Source: Rhizaria sp. SCN 62-66
Taxonomy: Eukaryota
Direction of reading: 5' to 3'
DNA: 47,512 nucleotides
NCBI GenBank assembly: GCA_001724265.1
Contig: MEDY01000227.1
Span: forward strand, 1-47,512
The stretch's first letter is position 1. Each line of letters starts with the position of its first letter. Under the pieces are notes generated by a model. The model was not told the DNA's origin. It worked only from the letters and a program-made list of their open reading frames with translations, and did no database searches. The translations under genes and the position numbers were made by a program. Shown here in pieces: positions 12,001 to 18,788 of this stretch.

Positions 12001-14934
12001 GCGCACTGCGCGCAGGCCTCCGTCCCCGACCTGCCGCAGCACAGCATCAACGCTGGCGCAAGTCGTGTCGAGCGCGCCTGCTGCGACAGCGTTGCCGCTA
12101 GCGCTGAGACCGCGCTGGTCGGCTGCCACGGGCTGCCCCCCGCCCGCGGCCTCGGCGGCGGTGTGGCCGCCCGCCCGGCCCTGGCCGCGCCCCCGCTGCT
12201 GCTGCCCGGCGTGCCCGCGCTCATGGTCACCCTGCCCTACCCCGCCTCCTTATTATCAGGCTCTCGAAGCAGCAATTGCACGAGTGGCACTGCGGACACG
12301 ACTGCGCTGTCCGTATCCCCCGGTCTCGTCCCCGCCACACTCGCCTTCGCAGCCGCGCACAACCTGCCCCTCCAGCGCCTCGTCGCCGCCGCCGCAGCCC
12401 GGCTGCCGGCCACGCGCGCCCTGGTCCGCGCGCTGGCCCACCAGCGCGAGCTCACCGCGGCCGCCGCGCTGGCGCTGCTGCTGCGCCGCGCTCCGCCCGC
12501 CGCCGCCTCCCTGGCCGGCGCCCCCGCGGCCCCCGGCGCGCTATCGGCGGCCGAGGTGGCGCTGGCGCACGCGTTGGCGGCCGCGGGCGCGCCCAGGGGG
12601 CCGGCGGCGCTGCGACTCATGGCCACGGTGCACTCGGAGACCACCACCACCACCACCACCACAACCACGGTCTCGACGACGACTGTTCCCAGCGTAACTG
12701 CGGGCGATAAGATGGCTGCCCAGCGTCGCACTCATACGAAGAGTTCAGACAGCACCGCCGCGGCAGCGGTGACCGTGAGCGGCGGTAGCGGTAGCGGCAG
12801 CGGCAGCGACGGCCGGCGGTGGGTGGCGCCGCAGGTGCCTGTGGGCGCGGGCGCGGGCGGCGGCAGTCGCCACGCCAATGCCGTCCCGTTCATGTCACAG
12901 CTTAAGGCCTCACCCTTCGCGCCCACGCTCGCCGCGCCCACCACCGCGGCCTCTGCGACTGCCGCCGCCGCTGCTGCGACTCCTTTAGCCTCAGCGTCAG
13001 CGACTGGCGGCGGCAGACTAAACGCCAGTCTGGCCTCTCCGAGCGCTGCCACAGGTGCCGCCGCCGGCCACGCGGCCGCCGGCATCGCGGTTGCGGGCCG
13101 CGGCGGGCGCGGGCGCGAGTCCCGCGTGCGCGTGCGGACGCTGATTCCGCTGGCGCCCATGCCGCCGCAGCCGCCGCGGCAGCCGCCCCCGCCGGCGCAG
13201 GCGCTGCAGCAGCTGGCGGGTCCTGCTGCATCGTCCGCGTCCTCGTCCCCGTCGCAGTCGCAGCGCGGCGGCGGCGGCGGCGGTCAGAGCCCCGGGGCGA
13301 GGACGCGCGCGGCGGCCGTAGCGGCGGCCCTGACGGGCCGGCGGCCGATCGCCAGCGCCAACTCGAGCCCGAGCGTGAGCGCGCGTGCGAGAGCCCCCGC
13401 GTCGCCCGGCACGGGCGGTGGTAACAGAGACGCTAGCAATGATCCCACTGCTTCGTCGGCAGACGCCGTCTCTGCGGTTGCGCCGAGTTGCGCTGCAACT
13501 GATTTCGACGAGTCGTATGAGGCGGCGGCCGCGCCTGATGCCGCGGCTGGTGCCATCGTTCCGCCGCTGCTCGTCCCTAGCGACACCGCTGTGAGCACTG
13601 CAGACGCCGGCGTCACGCCGACCAACGCAGCCGCTGCTGCTGCCGGCAATGCTGCTGCTGCTGCTGCCGCTGCTGATGATGATGCGACCCGTTTCACTCC
13701 CGGCCGCCCCCGCGCCGCCACCACCGCTGCCGCCGCCAGTGCTCGCGCCAACGCAGCACCTGCGACAAACAGCACGAACTCAAACGTCTACGGCTCTGCT
13801 GCGGCGACTAGCTCCGTGTTCGCGACCGTCGGCCGCCCCCACCGCGTCGTCGCCCCCTCCCCGGTCACCAAGAGCGGCCTAACTTCCTTCGCCGCCGCCG
13901 CCAAGCATAACGCCCTCGTCGCCTCCGCTACCGCCACTGCCGGCGCTGGCGCTGGCGCTGGGTCGGGCGCGGGCTCGGTTACGGCCACGCGGTACGGCGG
14001 CGCGGCGGCCGTGACGCCTTCCGCCAGCGCGGCTCAGGCCCAAAACAGTCTGGTGCTGATGGGCGGCGGCGGCGGCGGCGTGGGGCTGGGCCGGGCGCGG
14101 TTTAACTCGGACGCGGACAACCTCGACAACGGGGACGACGGCGACAGCGACAGCCGCGACGGCAGCGGCGACAACGTGGGCAGCCGCAGCGGCCGCAGCA
14201 GTCGTAGCAACAGCAAGCGAAGCAACAACGCCAACGTCAGCAGTCGCAATCCCGCGAGTGCGGACGATGGCGGCGATTCGAGCGACGAGGACGACGCGAT
14301 GATGTTGCGGCGGCAGCAGCGGGAGCAGCTCCGGCTGCACGGCGCCGCGGCCGCGCTGTCGGTGCCCTACGCGGGCATCGCCGAGGAGGACGAGGACGCG
14401 GGGGTTGAAGACGGCACCCACGCGCTTGCCCAAAGTAAGGAGGCGGGGGGGCATTGGGTCGGGAGCGATGCGGCTGCGGGCGATTTGGTGCCGCTGCCGC
14501 TGCCGTCGCTGCATTACGCCGCGTCCAGCGGCGGCGATGCGGCGGCGCAGAGTCAGTCGAGGAAGCAGTCACAGTCAGATTCTCAGAGCCAGCAGCACCA
14601 AACTAATGCAGCTAGGGCTAATGGCAGTGCAGGCAGCAGCAGAAACAACAAGACTCAGGACGAGTTTGCACTGCGCAACACGACCGGCAGCGCCAGCACG
14701 AGTGGCCACACCCACAACAACAACAACAACAATAGCAGGAGTGGCACCGGAAGCAGTGGGTTGGTTCATGATGAGAGTGGCCTCCTGTACTCACCCTACG
14801 CTCCAGACTCCCCGCCGCAGACCGGCGCGGGGAGCCCGCGGTCGCAGTCGGGCGGCGCTGCGACTCGTGGTGATGGGACGACGGAGGAGGAGAGAGGGGG
14901 ACTTCTGAGCTCGATCAAAAACTTGTTTTCTTAA
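1..14934 (+). CDS. PIKFYVE: 1-phosphatidylinositol-3-phosphate 5-kinase Fab1/PIKfyve, 5'-partial (frame open from base 1; at least 4977 aa in window)
   Basis: Frame has no stop from base 1 to TAA 14932-14934. Fab1 Cys/His-region motifs are present: WSGCRTC...MSFARFVEL and RYFARGDVVVTFEFQPM. The PIPK domain spans ~10138-11790: FSVSVYYPAEFAALR, AQGGRSGAGFARSKDGRYVLK, MPNLFY..FDLKGS, TLLDTNL, NDSAFLSALNIVDYSLL, GVIDYVRQYTWDK, PTIVPPAAYRARF. FYVE and CCT-like domains would lie upstream of the window. Confidence 0.95.
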   Translation, partial: AAEAAAAAAEASAGKAAPAATAASLPSANAANSSSSSSSSSSKSTGGAGSSSSKTGESESAAAAATTAAATQQLPALSPALLSDPQSLQLIVAHPGVHTFSSLWPSFVNYSEVRVSNARRLAAAEAAAKAATRAKAAAAKAAAAATAAASAAAAAEAEAEAEDEAKADAEIEVAPVAPQTNASSSTSSRTSSFSSSATALASSDHAPASASIAAASIPAAAKPTGQTAGPAPLKRAYRKRNTNKSTYANAVVAGSAPAARIVELDNAAAALANAMPASSSSLSTATAAATAAAAAAANAKTKSAKTKTTPASQTGDGSRESKAAAASAAASAAAAAAASAASAAASAAAAAAAVGVNDGDWSLLYPPPYLPTNVTHGSNNSAVGASGVVGTVARTRTHTRFPPFSAGPVLTWSGCRTCRCLLAPYRLVSADTLAMSFARFVELISLNTTATARAPPHGANSSNNNNRTGSSTTGNSSSSGATGLGGFGDGNADEDALTDSTNGDNSNNNNNSSSSSGGGNSGNTGSGSMCRCAHRAAAGAGVLGSHARAPRGGSLLARYFARGDVVVTFEFQPMAPLALAAGHHGLPPRAPPLRPLRPLPFTLPPRVLAIARAFAAEGGAAAFARNSNSLVLLSSNTRAGADADYKISDTAVTSPVSAMTASKSSIGIDAVALGSAAAAIAAATASASAAATGPDACTLLLDLSFLHDAIFASTSAALARVAALLTVTSSAATAAAAATAAAATASAAVNALSAAAAAQGGLTGAEAWNETGTPTVPGAEAGRLYSGSNFNTVGSRGSGRGIGSNGGVRAATGTAVAATGGGSRARIHHSHHGHGHGHRHSVDHSVGPAETGATDETTVGLSAFLGSSRSHTPSPQSSPHSSAQSSPQLSPRSSPRSSAKSSAHSSRSSSRRSSPNKLTPQSSISTDNAKSDENSTESNTDVNASHTADSSRSQSHSRNCGRGHKTQPVRGLSPVASAYHDAPTSDAGAESTATPYALVTPSTAPVSLPAPAPMSALGPTTPVTTVLAATPSAVAASSPTVNAISALVPPLTALNSLVATEAALCRSALAQLATDILLERAVFAASFDLLGVGTAVHTPAVAATAAAAAAAAAAAATAATAADANSKGCAALGEAEVAAIAAAAAASAAVAAARLPRPPAALESVLEAAGVTGVASLLALTDPDAVLSIADPVLSAPANAKDSQSHNSRATATDSASLAASLLPRPRLSASPFAVFALQSRFARSVGHWNQLLVSLRERALRVSREATRLAAMTARQQMQLRKPLSAASQNSGNPSAYSNAFSTIVNNSYHSNTNGSRTSFMSRFGRRNNANGSDAGFSEADAEPVPLDSNTAATAAAVAASATVSRVASPQQSPANSALSPPSGVLSPDGDLTSPSAQLYPPVSELRLKALSTAPSSFAASAAATAASTPVMATVPEADAEPAGTRETANKQKATRVSRARDSVVSVASAAAAAAAAAAAAAASLPGNIIHTILHENSPQLSASIPPSLLPVPLYGAGTGSGALANTLPSHSPGADSPATAVSVVDERVAVTAAIVASLKATAAANSLQALARLAAAVTVSDLLRLAPATPLTLLASLPLPADAASVAAAAAAVAAAAALPGFLVAPPATQAAAAAGLAPGAGVGVGAMMRGVVPLSARKAMLAAQSAKNADGAAGAASARAGVAAELETETETETEAVIDVDTDALRTSTAPSNDSSASNSFNAAGVVHKKKLRPRVLTNPNAGADTGISISPVKLSSRVDLASAVLSASEHESGSDSEYVSDLESDDTRRKADSRSSNNIAALTNSSAANATSPLRLGPSSVYSASPSATAPASSSAASAAAIAAAAAAAAAAAAVAAAAAPPSAAASAAIAALTATVHSLHQRYRVTFLFAGAPLAASTTSPAPVPVSPFAVTRAGAGSGSGSGAGDSHGDGSVFAHAASSPATYPLLPLRTSTVATTGGGLLSGALAALTGSAAAAAAGRPRTDVAEFDWHLAAGPLLAFALAHRAHTAAVAAAQAPFSAAVARAAQGTAAAVVTVRVLRAAVAVALEKAVNAQNIALANANANASAAAAAAAAAATSAMSASAAVMPLVTLTEGNEEQSGNSNNNSPTNTDADSQNATQQHQGSSSNTFGSNKSNANKGRSKSKSVSVNGKSNNTTASTTASPRSAAAASGAGTSGAKVGPALTRESVLAASFDLWLSLAKPPSVSSNNKTQPTIEAAVAALLQECSIGALTSTNSSNATTCEKCNNTNSSSANTAVAAAYSRACDCASAHVTASAGAGAGAECFEAIAVPVLERWLSAAVAAHTAAVSQLQALYASRSSSLSATAETAGESEPIHTPLTLLATALIAASSAATAAAASAATTHSASPAARMVALSVAVSPPASDAAAPGLDLAPAAAASALSPAWARQWNTQVHAVVEARLFAAAAAADATAAAAATSTAADSDATSSPTATAVDWARDANDDEHTPIATPSSSSSASASASRNSSLEGRRREVLALALRTLSAPATEALRAPLLSRAETRRFATVVAHSADNYAHGTPHEQLQQQQQQQQYQYDAQLASSSAAAAASGSGSVSSAANRGSAPNLGGIGSAMARAVSAANAACYSAASAVAAGILSTKLAAVVTAAGAAATARSPAPAAATAAKLASADAKSSKSSSDIAHASTQSSGSVVLVAGVLGQPCTATAAPQRTDAPATATAVAPVFVPGAAVAVAGAVEVVRTLRMGVHCHAQSLVAAPAAAGTGSVSLPAASAPASRSGACYSLNGTPTAAGSSSAASASDADSAPFMPGVGNVLIVPPQSLAPPQLQISSAPFSAATAAAASAAAAASAAAVTAARVSSSSSSALLLHLPDPRHMLALPTCDWADPASSALSHAHAAGGVQATLTATAAAVAAAAAAAAAAGSASTAAAAAAAAAAAELLIAESASSKSTNGVVYSMTGAATDMGDSTGDGSDFALPTRTRGVTVFPAAAVGPGQLRPSLPSLPPPLSASINVTTLPFPSSTTVNNNNNSSSSSSGNSSNVETAASAQQKAAAAAAAAGAGAGSGGGGGDGDDAVTEETEHTVPCLRIFFDDTPQPPAYAPTLPLAAAPVHHHHAATRSPIYSHSSNVNNPHTGSSSSCACASVGGDKTRRRGAAELALLTALRLDASGEPRSLDELIASAAARAGAAAAAAVGDINATLSASGKSNSAGKRHARSANAGRKSAASDIAASAAAAAAAAAATNESATESGSGIDSEGDDASKSNSAPMSENEDDDDDANKSDASAVSTSNVAAANTKTANPGSPTVAPIALNKSPTLLSSALLRLDSAVGQTGRASSTTTAAAGSGAQDATAQQQQQQQQRDAEKQLQQQQQQQQQQQRQRALPSVVSTERTTFSVSVYYPAEFAALRALYCSYSGAPSSPSSNTGTGAGQQRDEDEDAFAQTSGDADVIESLADTASFMAQGGRSGAGFARSKDGRYVLKFVSQLEMGMFLKNAPAFFAYMHRSMAHDVPSLLVKTLGAYAVTVGSTASRWKPVPASAAATATGAGAVYGSGFANGSHGGFVSNAAAAAATSAAAAAAAAAGAAAALTPAPVPPTLATTTGSASSNHSAPAGAAAGAQWSLISSSTTVSQVQYILLMPNLFYRRSVKQVFDLKGSTQNRYLKVKPLPPLAPNQNNTANNNNISSSSGTGSGAGNGASGSSSSSSASANANASAGAGGMVLSVPVASLASPIALAPGAASPLLLSSSSSSTANSSGSSNPNIGSLSMTNSNVASGAISLPVLSTGASVPAPAPAASAAAAAAAAVLETPEGAAAAVPAHWPLPPPSEPPVTLLDTNLLEATGGMPLPLDESSRTVLRAAVHNDSAFLSALNIVDYSLLAGIDAGSGELVAGVIDYVRQYTWDKSIETGVKFVVNLGKAPTIVPPAAYRARFRTALARVFAVAPGSGATLLPGLGAGATALVGAGAAGAAAVAGGSGGGGGLVPDLDSFLPTFDPVAFLTNGSAVAAAAVTAAAAAHCAQASVPDLPQHSINAGASRVERACCDSVAASAETALVGCHGLPPARGLGGGVAARPALAAPPLLLPGVPALMVTLPYPASLLSGSRSSNCTSGTADTTALSVSPGLVPATLAFAAAHNLPLQRLVAAAAARLPATRALVRALAHQRELTAAAALALLLRRAPPAAASLAGAPAAPGALSAAEVALAHALAAAGAPRGPAALRLMATVHSETTTTTTTTTTVSTTTVPSVTAGDKMAAQRRTHTKSSDSTAAAAVTVSGGSGSGSGSDGRRWVAPQVPVGAGAGGGSRHANAVPFMSQLKASPFAPTLAAPTTAASATAAAAAATPLASASATGGGRLNASLASPSAATGAAAGHAAAGIAVAGRGGRGRESRVRVRTLIPLAPMPPQPPRQPPPPAQALQQLAGPAASSASSSPSQSQRGGGGGGQSPGARTRAAAVAAALTGRRPIASANSSPSVSARARAPASPGTGGGNRDASNDPTASSADAVSAVAPSCAATDFDESYEAAAAPDAAAGAIVPPLLVPSDTAVSTADAGVTPTNAAAAAAGNAAAAAAAADDDATRFTPGRPRAATTAAAASARANAAPATNSTNSNVYGSAAATSSVFATVGRPHRVVAPSPVTKSGLTSFAAAAKHNALVASATATAGAGAGAGSGAGSVTATRYGGAAAVTPSASAAQAQNSLVLMGGGGGGVGLGRARFNSDADNLDNGDDGDSDSRDGSGDNVGSRSGRSSRSNSKRSNNANVSSRNPASADDGGDSSDEDDAMMLRRQQREQLRLHGAAAALSVPYAGIAEEDEDAGVEDGTHALAQSKEAGGHWVGSDAAAGDLVPLPLPSLHYAASSGGDAAAQSQSRKQSQSDSQSQQHQTNAARANGSAGSSRNNKTQDEFALRNTTGSASTSGHTHNNNNNNSRSGTGSSGLVHDESGLLYSPYAPDSPPQTGAGSPRSQSGGAATRGDGTTEEERGGLLSSIKNLFS
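10015..10098 (+). repeat. Coding CAG/CAA microsatellite (two poly-Gln tracts) just before the PIPK domain
   Basis: Translates QQQQQQQQRDAEKQLQQQQQQQQQQQRQ using only CAG and CAA for Gln. Confidence 0.9.
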
Positions 14935-16414
14935 GGAGCTTCAACAATAGTCACTACAACAAAGATAGGCACATAGACAGAGTCGTTATGTTATTTTTAT
15001 TTGTTATTTAGAAAAAACACACTGATTACAGTTCATTCATGGATTATACGTTATTCAGTCGTAGCGCGATATGACGATGCTATTATTCGGCGATTTTTCC
15101 AACAATGCATGTAGATGCTCAGGGCGCTGTGTACATAATTGTTACAAGATAATGGCCATCTACATGATGAATGAACGATAAAATTGCAATTTTACGATCG
15201 AATCCGCTTGTACATCATTTGCATACATGATACAGTACATTGTAATGGACATTTCCGTTATCGTGCGGGTCGTTCAATTGCCCGGTTAGAGTCCTCAAAA
15301 ACCCACAGTATAATATAATGTGTGTATTGGTAATTGAAATGTTGTGCACTAATGCAAACACAATTTTACGACAACATATCCACCAAAATTCCGTCAATCA
15401 CAGAACAGCAATCGCGACCCCCTGTCATCTCAGCACACTTTTTTGTTTGTGGTCGATCGGCCAGATGCAGACACGGGCGACATCGAACCCCAGTATCACG
15501 AATGTGCCCTTAAGATAAATCAAAACTGCATTTTTACGACACGCGTGAGAATGTTTTTGCATTTGCTGGTTTTGTAATACGACTGCATCGTCTTGCTGGC
15601 TCGCAAACGTCTGCTGATGACTCGGGCCGTTCGTGATATTTTGAGAACCCCAACGGAAAGGACCACTGCCCAGTGGTGTCGACGAGTGCGCAACTACAAT
15701 GTGAAATTGCTAACCATTTGCGCACAAACACGACGGCGATTTTGTGTGATGATAGTGTTTATGGATTAAGTATGATGAATAATGAAGATATCGAACATTA
15801 TTATGACAACGAGGTTAAATATAGCGAACATTCGGATTTGTTAGAACGAAGCGGCAGTGGACAACATGTGGACTAACTGACCTTCTTTAAATGTGCATAT
15901 ACACAATTCTACGACTTGCTCTTCATGCAGAAACCTCGGACTTGCCCACAGGGGTTAAGTTTGTACTTTCCAAGATGGGGAGATTGGATGTTCTAGACTT
16001 AGAATTTAAGGAGATATATGAAGTTCATTAATATATGTAAGGATGCCAAAGAATATGCTCAATTATGCTGTATATCGAAGACTGTATTGAAGGGAAACAC
16101 GCGTACTATCCAAGAGTTCGTCCTCGAGGTTGACCACCTGTCGCCCCCCCACCCCACCACTCTCCACCCCGCTGTGACGCACGACGTTTTACATAAAATG
16201 TCGCGCGTAACACCCGCCTCAGGTTGTATATCCAGGCGATAATCAGAATGTGTTTTGCTCTCAATGTCCGAGACCTAAACCAAAGGCATGCCCCCCAGAT
16301 ATTCTTTCCTTTCCACTGGATGTGGCTGTCTTCCTTCTTCTTCTCGGCCTTTCTCCTTTTACTAATATACACCATGCGTATCCGCGTCTTGTTTTCCTTT
16401 GGGTATTTGTAGGC

Positions 16415-17905
16415 ATGTCATCACATGATCGTAACCCTTTGAAGACTCTTTACCAGTTGAAAGTCGACTGCAAGGCTCTTCTCTTACGGAAGCGTGAGGA
16501 GCAGACCCTCGGTACCCGTGATGCCCACGAGATCAAGGCTGAAATCGAGAATCTTGAGGTGCAATTGCGTTTGTTCACGTAGTAGATTGCAGAACTGTTG
16601 CAGAATAACGGCCCCACAGCAGCTCCCACCGCGCCTCAAAACGTGCTCAAGCGACTCTGGCAGTCGGACCCCAGCGACTTCTGGGAGGACGTCGTCTCGG
16701 AGACGCCTATAGACAGCGCCGCTTCTGGGGCCGATAACCGCGAGGACGGTGCGATCACTATTCTTGTCGTCCCCACCACTCCTGCCGCTCTTTCAGCTTC
16801 CGTTGCTCCTGCTCCTGCTCCTGCCTTTGCTCGTTCATCTTCCGTTGCTCCTGCTTCTGCTCCTGCGGCTAGTGATGTCGAGAAACACGAAGTGGGACCT
16901 CCTTTCCTCCGCAAGGCGAGGCTCAGTAAGTCCGAGTTTTTTGCTCTTCCATTCATGGGAGAGCCCCCTCAAGTCGCGGCACCCGTCTTGGTCGCGCGCC
17001 ACAGCCACCGGTTGTTGTTCAACGACTTGATGACTCGGCTCTTTGCACTCGCCAAGGGCAACGGCGTCGGCGTTAATCGCTGCACGCTCCTTCTGGGCCC
17101 GCCCGGCATTGGCAAGACGATGCTCCTCAACACCATCTTCCTGGACCTCATCCATGCCATGCAGCTAAACCCGACGTTGCCACGTCTCGACATCGTCTGT
17201 TTCGTTGAGAGTCGTAGGCCTGAGTTTCACCACTACGACTCCGCTGGCAACCTCACCATCTACGAGGATTTCCCGAGGCGTCTCAACAAGCTCACGACGG
17301 TGTTCATGTACGACCCTAACAAGGGGTACAACATGGAACGTACCTAGGCCGCGTCATTCGCCCTCATCGTGGTCGCCGCGAGTCCCAGCGAGAAAGTGAA
17401 GCTCCGGCGCGGGGTCTTCGACCCCTACTACGTGCACTCCTGGCTTTAGACAGAGTTTGCGGCCGCCGTGCCTCTGCTCTTCCCCGGCGAGAGCAAGCGC
17501 ATTGCGGCCGTCACCTCTGAGTTCGGATATAACCTCCGCGCCATCACCTCCTCCGCTGCGACCTTAGAAGAAAAGCGGAGGTGGTTTCAAACGCGCCTTA
17601 AGAGCGCCAAGGACGTCGCCTCGCTTACCTCACTCCTCCAGAACGAAGGTGACGAACACGGCTCCCTTGCGGGCTTCCAGCTAGTGCTGCCTGAGAGGGT
17701 GACCCTCAAGAACTTCGTGCAGGTGCCTGTATCGATGTTCGCCAGCCGGCACATGGAGAAGTTGTTCCAGGAGAGGCTGGTTGCGCTCGGTCTGGCAAAG
17801 GACGCGATCGTCGCGCACACTCGGAGTGATGAATACTTAGTGGTGCTGCGTGGCGCCAGCTCTATCCTTTCGCTCTTGGCGTCATTTTGCCTCACTCGCG
17901 GTTGA
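16415..17905 (+). CDS. Crinkler/RHS-type (CR-NTPase-like) P-loop NTPase with N-terminal coiled coil; contains 4 in-frame TAG (recoded gene or pseudogene)
   Basis: Track ORFs 16250..16582, 16598..17347 and 17468..17905 share one frame and are separated only by TAG at 16580, 16583, 17345 and 17447. Motif order fits CRN/RHS NTPases: Walker A GPPGIGKT (~17096), hhhhD VFMYD, IVVAASP, YYVHSWL*TEF, FGYNLRAI, FASRHM. ATG 16415 follows a TAG acceptor at 16410-16412. The 3' end is uncertain because a possible intron 17850-17923 would extend the frame to TAA 18078. Confidence 0.7.
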
Positions 17906-18788
17906 CTCCATCAGCACTTTCAGGTAACGAGGCACCAATCGTTTACCTGACTCATAACGTCGATGCGCAATTGCGTGTGGCGGGCATGGCAACGGACGAC
18001 TCATACGCTGTTGGTTTGGGTCATTGCTACACATCTCACCACTGCTTCTCGAGCAAAAAGGCGACCCTATTGAGCTAAACTGGAACAAGTGTATTGGTGT
18101 GGTTTTATCGTAATCTGCTGCAGCCAGACTATTTTGTCGGTCCAGCTGCTGCCTTGCCAGGCACTTCTTCAACGGATCAGTCACGGTCACATTGCAAATT
18201 CATGTACATGTACAGTTGTACTGTAAGCTTACAATAAAAACGGCGACAAAAGTCGACATTAGCCAACTGAGAAAAAAACACGGTACTGTATAGAGACGGA
18301 CAAATTGGAGAAATACACAAACATTATAAATTAGGGGATCACAAGGCCACACTTCTAGTCAAGTTCGTCACTCACTAACTCTCAGCTATGTTGGGTGCAC
18401 TCAGTAACCAAATAGTAGACGCAGAGGAGCGGTGCAAGGAGAGCTTCAAAACACATGAAACACAAATCAGCACAGAGTCACAGTGCCATGACGCGAGACA
18501 AACCAGAGTGAAACTATGCATGTTGTGATATGCACATCAGGTCGGTGAGTTTGCGTTGCCTTTGCTTGTTCACGTCACAAACCAACCAAGCACACAATAA
18601 AACAAGGTTATAATTATCTTTTCGCTGCCGTGCCACACGTCCGTCGAACAGAGTGACTACATTGCTGACAAAATTGTTTAAAAAAAGTCCATTCTTATAA
18701 GAGACAGGACAACGATGGCTTTGTCTCAACAAGTTGCCAGCGTGCTGCTGCGCTTGCTGCTTCAGCATGCGATGCGGACCCCGCCGCC

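Noticed and set aside
15215-15876. Short AT-rich ORFs (60-67 aa) between PIKfyve and the NTPase
   Set aside because: No motifs, codon usage unlike real genes here, and lengths within chance expectation. I found no terminal repeats or target-site duplication to call a transposon.
15992-16020. TCTAGA...TTTAAGGAGATATATG, resembling a Shine-Dalgarno or T7 gene 10 leader before ORF 16018..16242
   Set aside because: Only a short partial match, no other vector or bacterial sequence nearby, no recognisable domain in the ORF, and the context is eukaryotic. Probably chance.
16559-17449. NTPase TAGs as 3' splice sites of tiny phase-0 3n introns
   Set aside because: This could work for 16559-16585. For 17345 and 17447 the nearest in-frame GT donors would delete the VFMYD (Walker B-like) strand and the conserved Trp, so splicing cannot explain all four.
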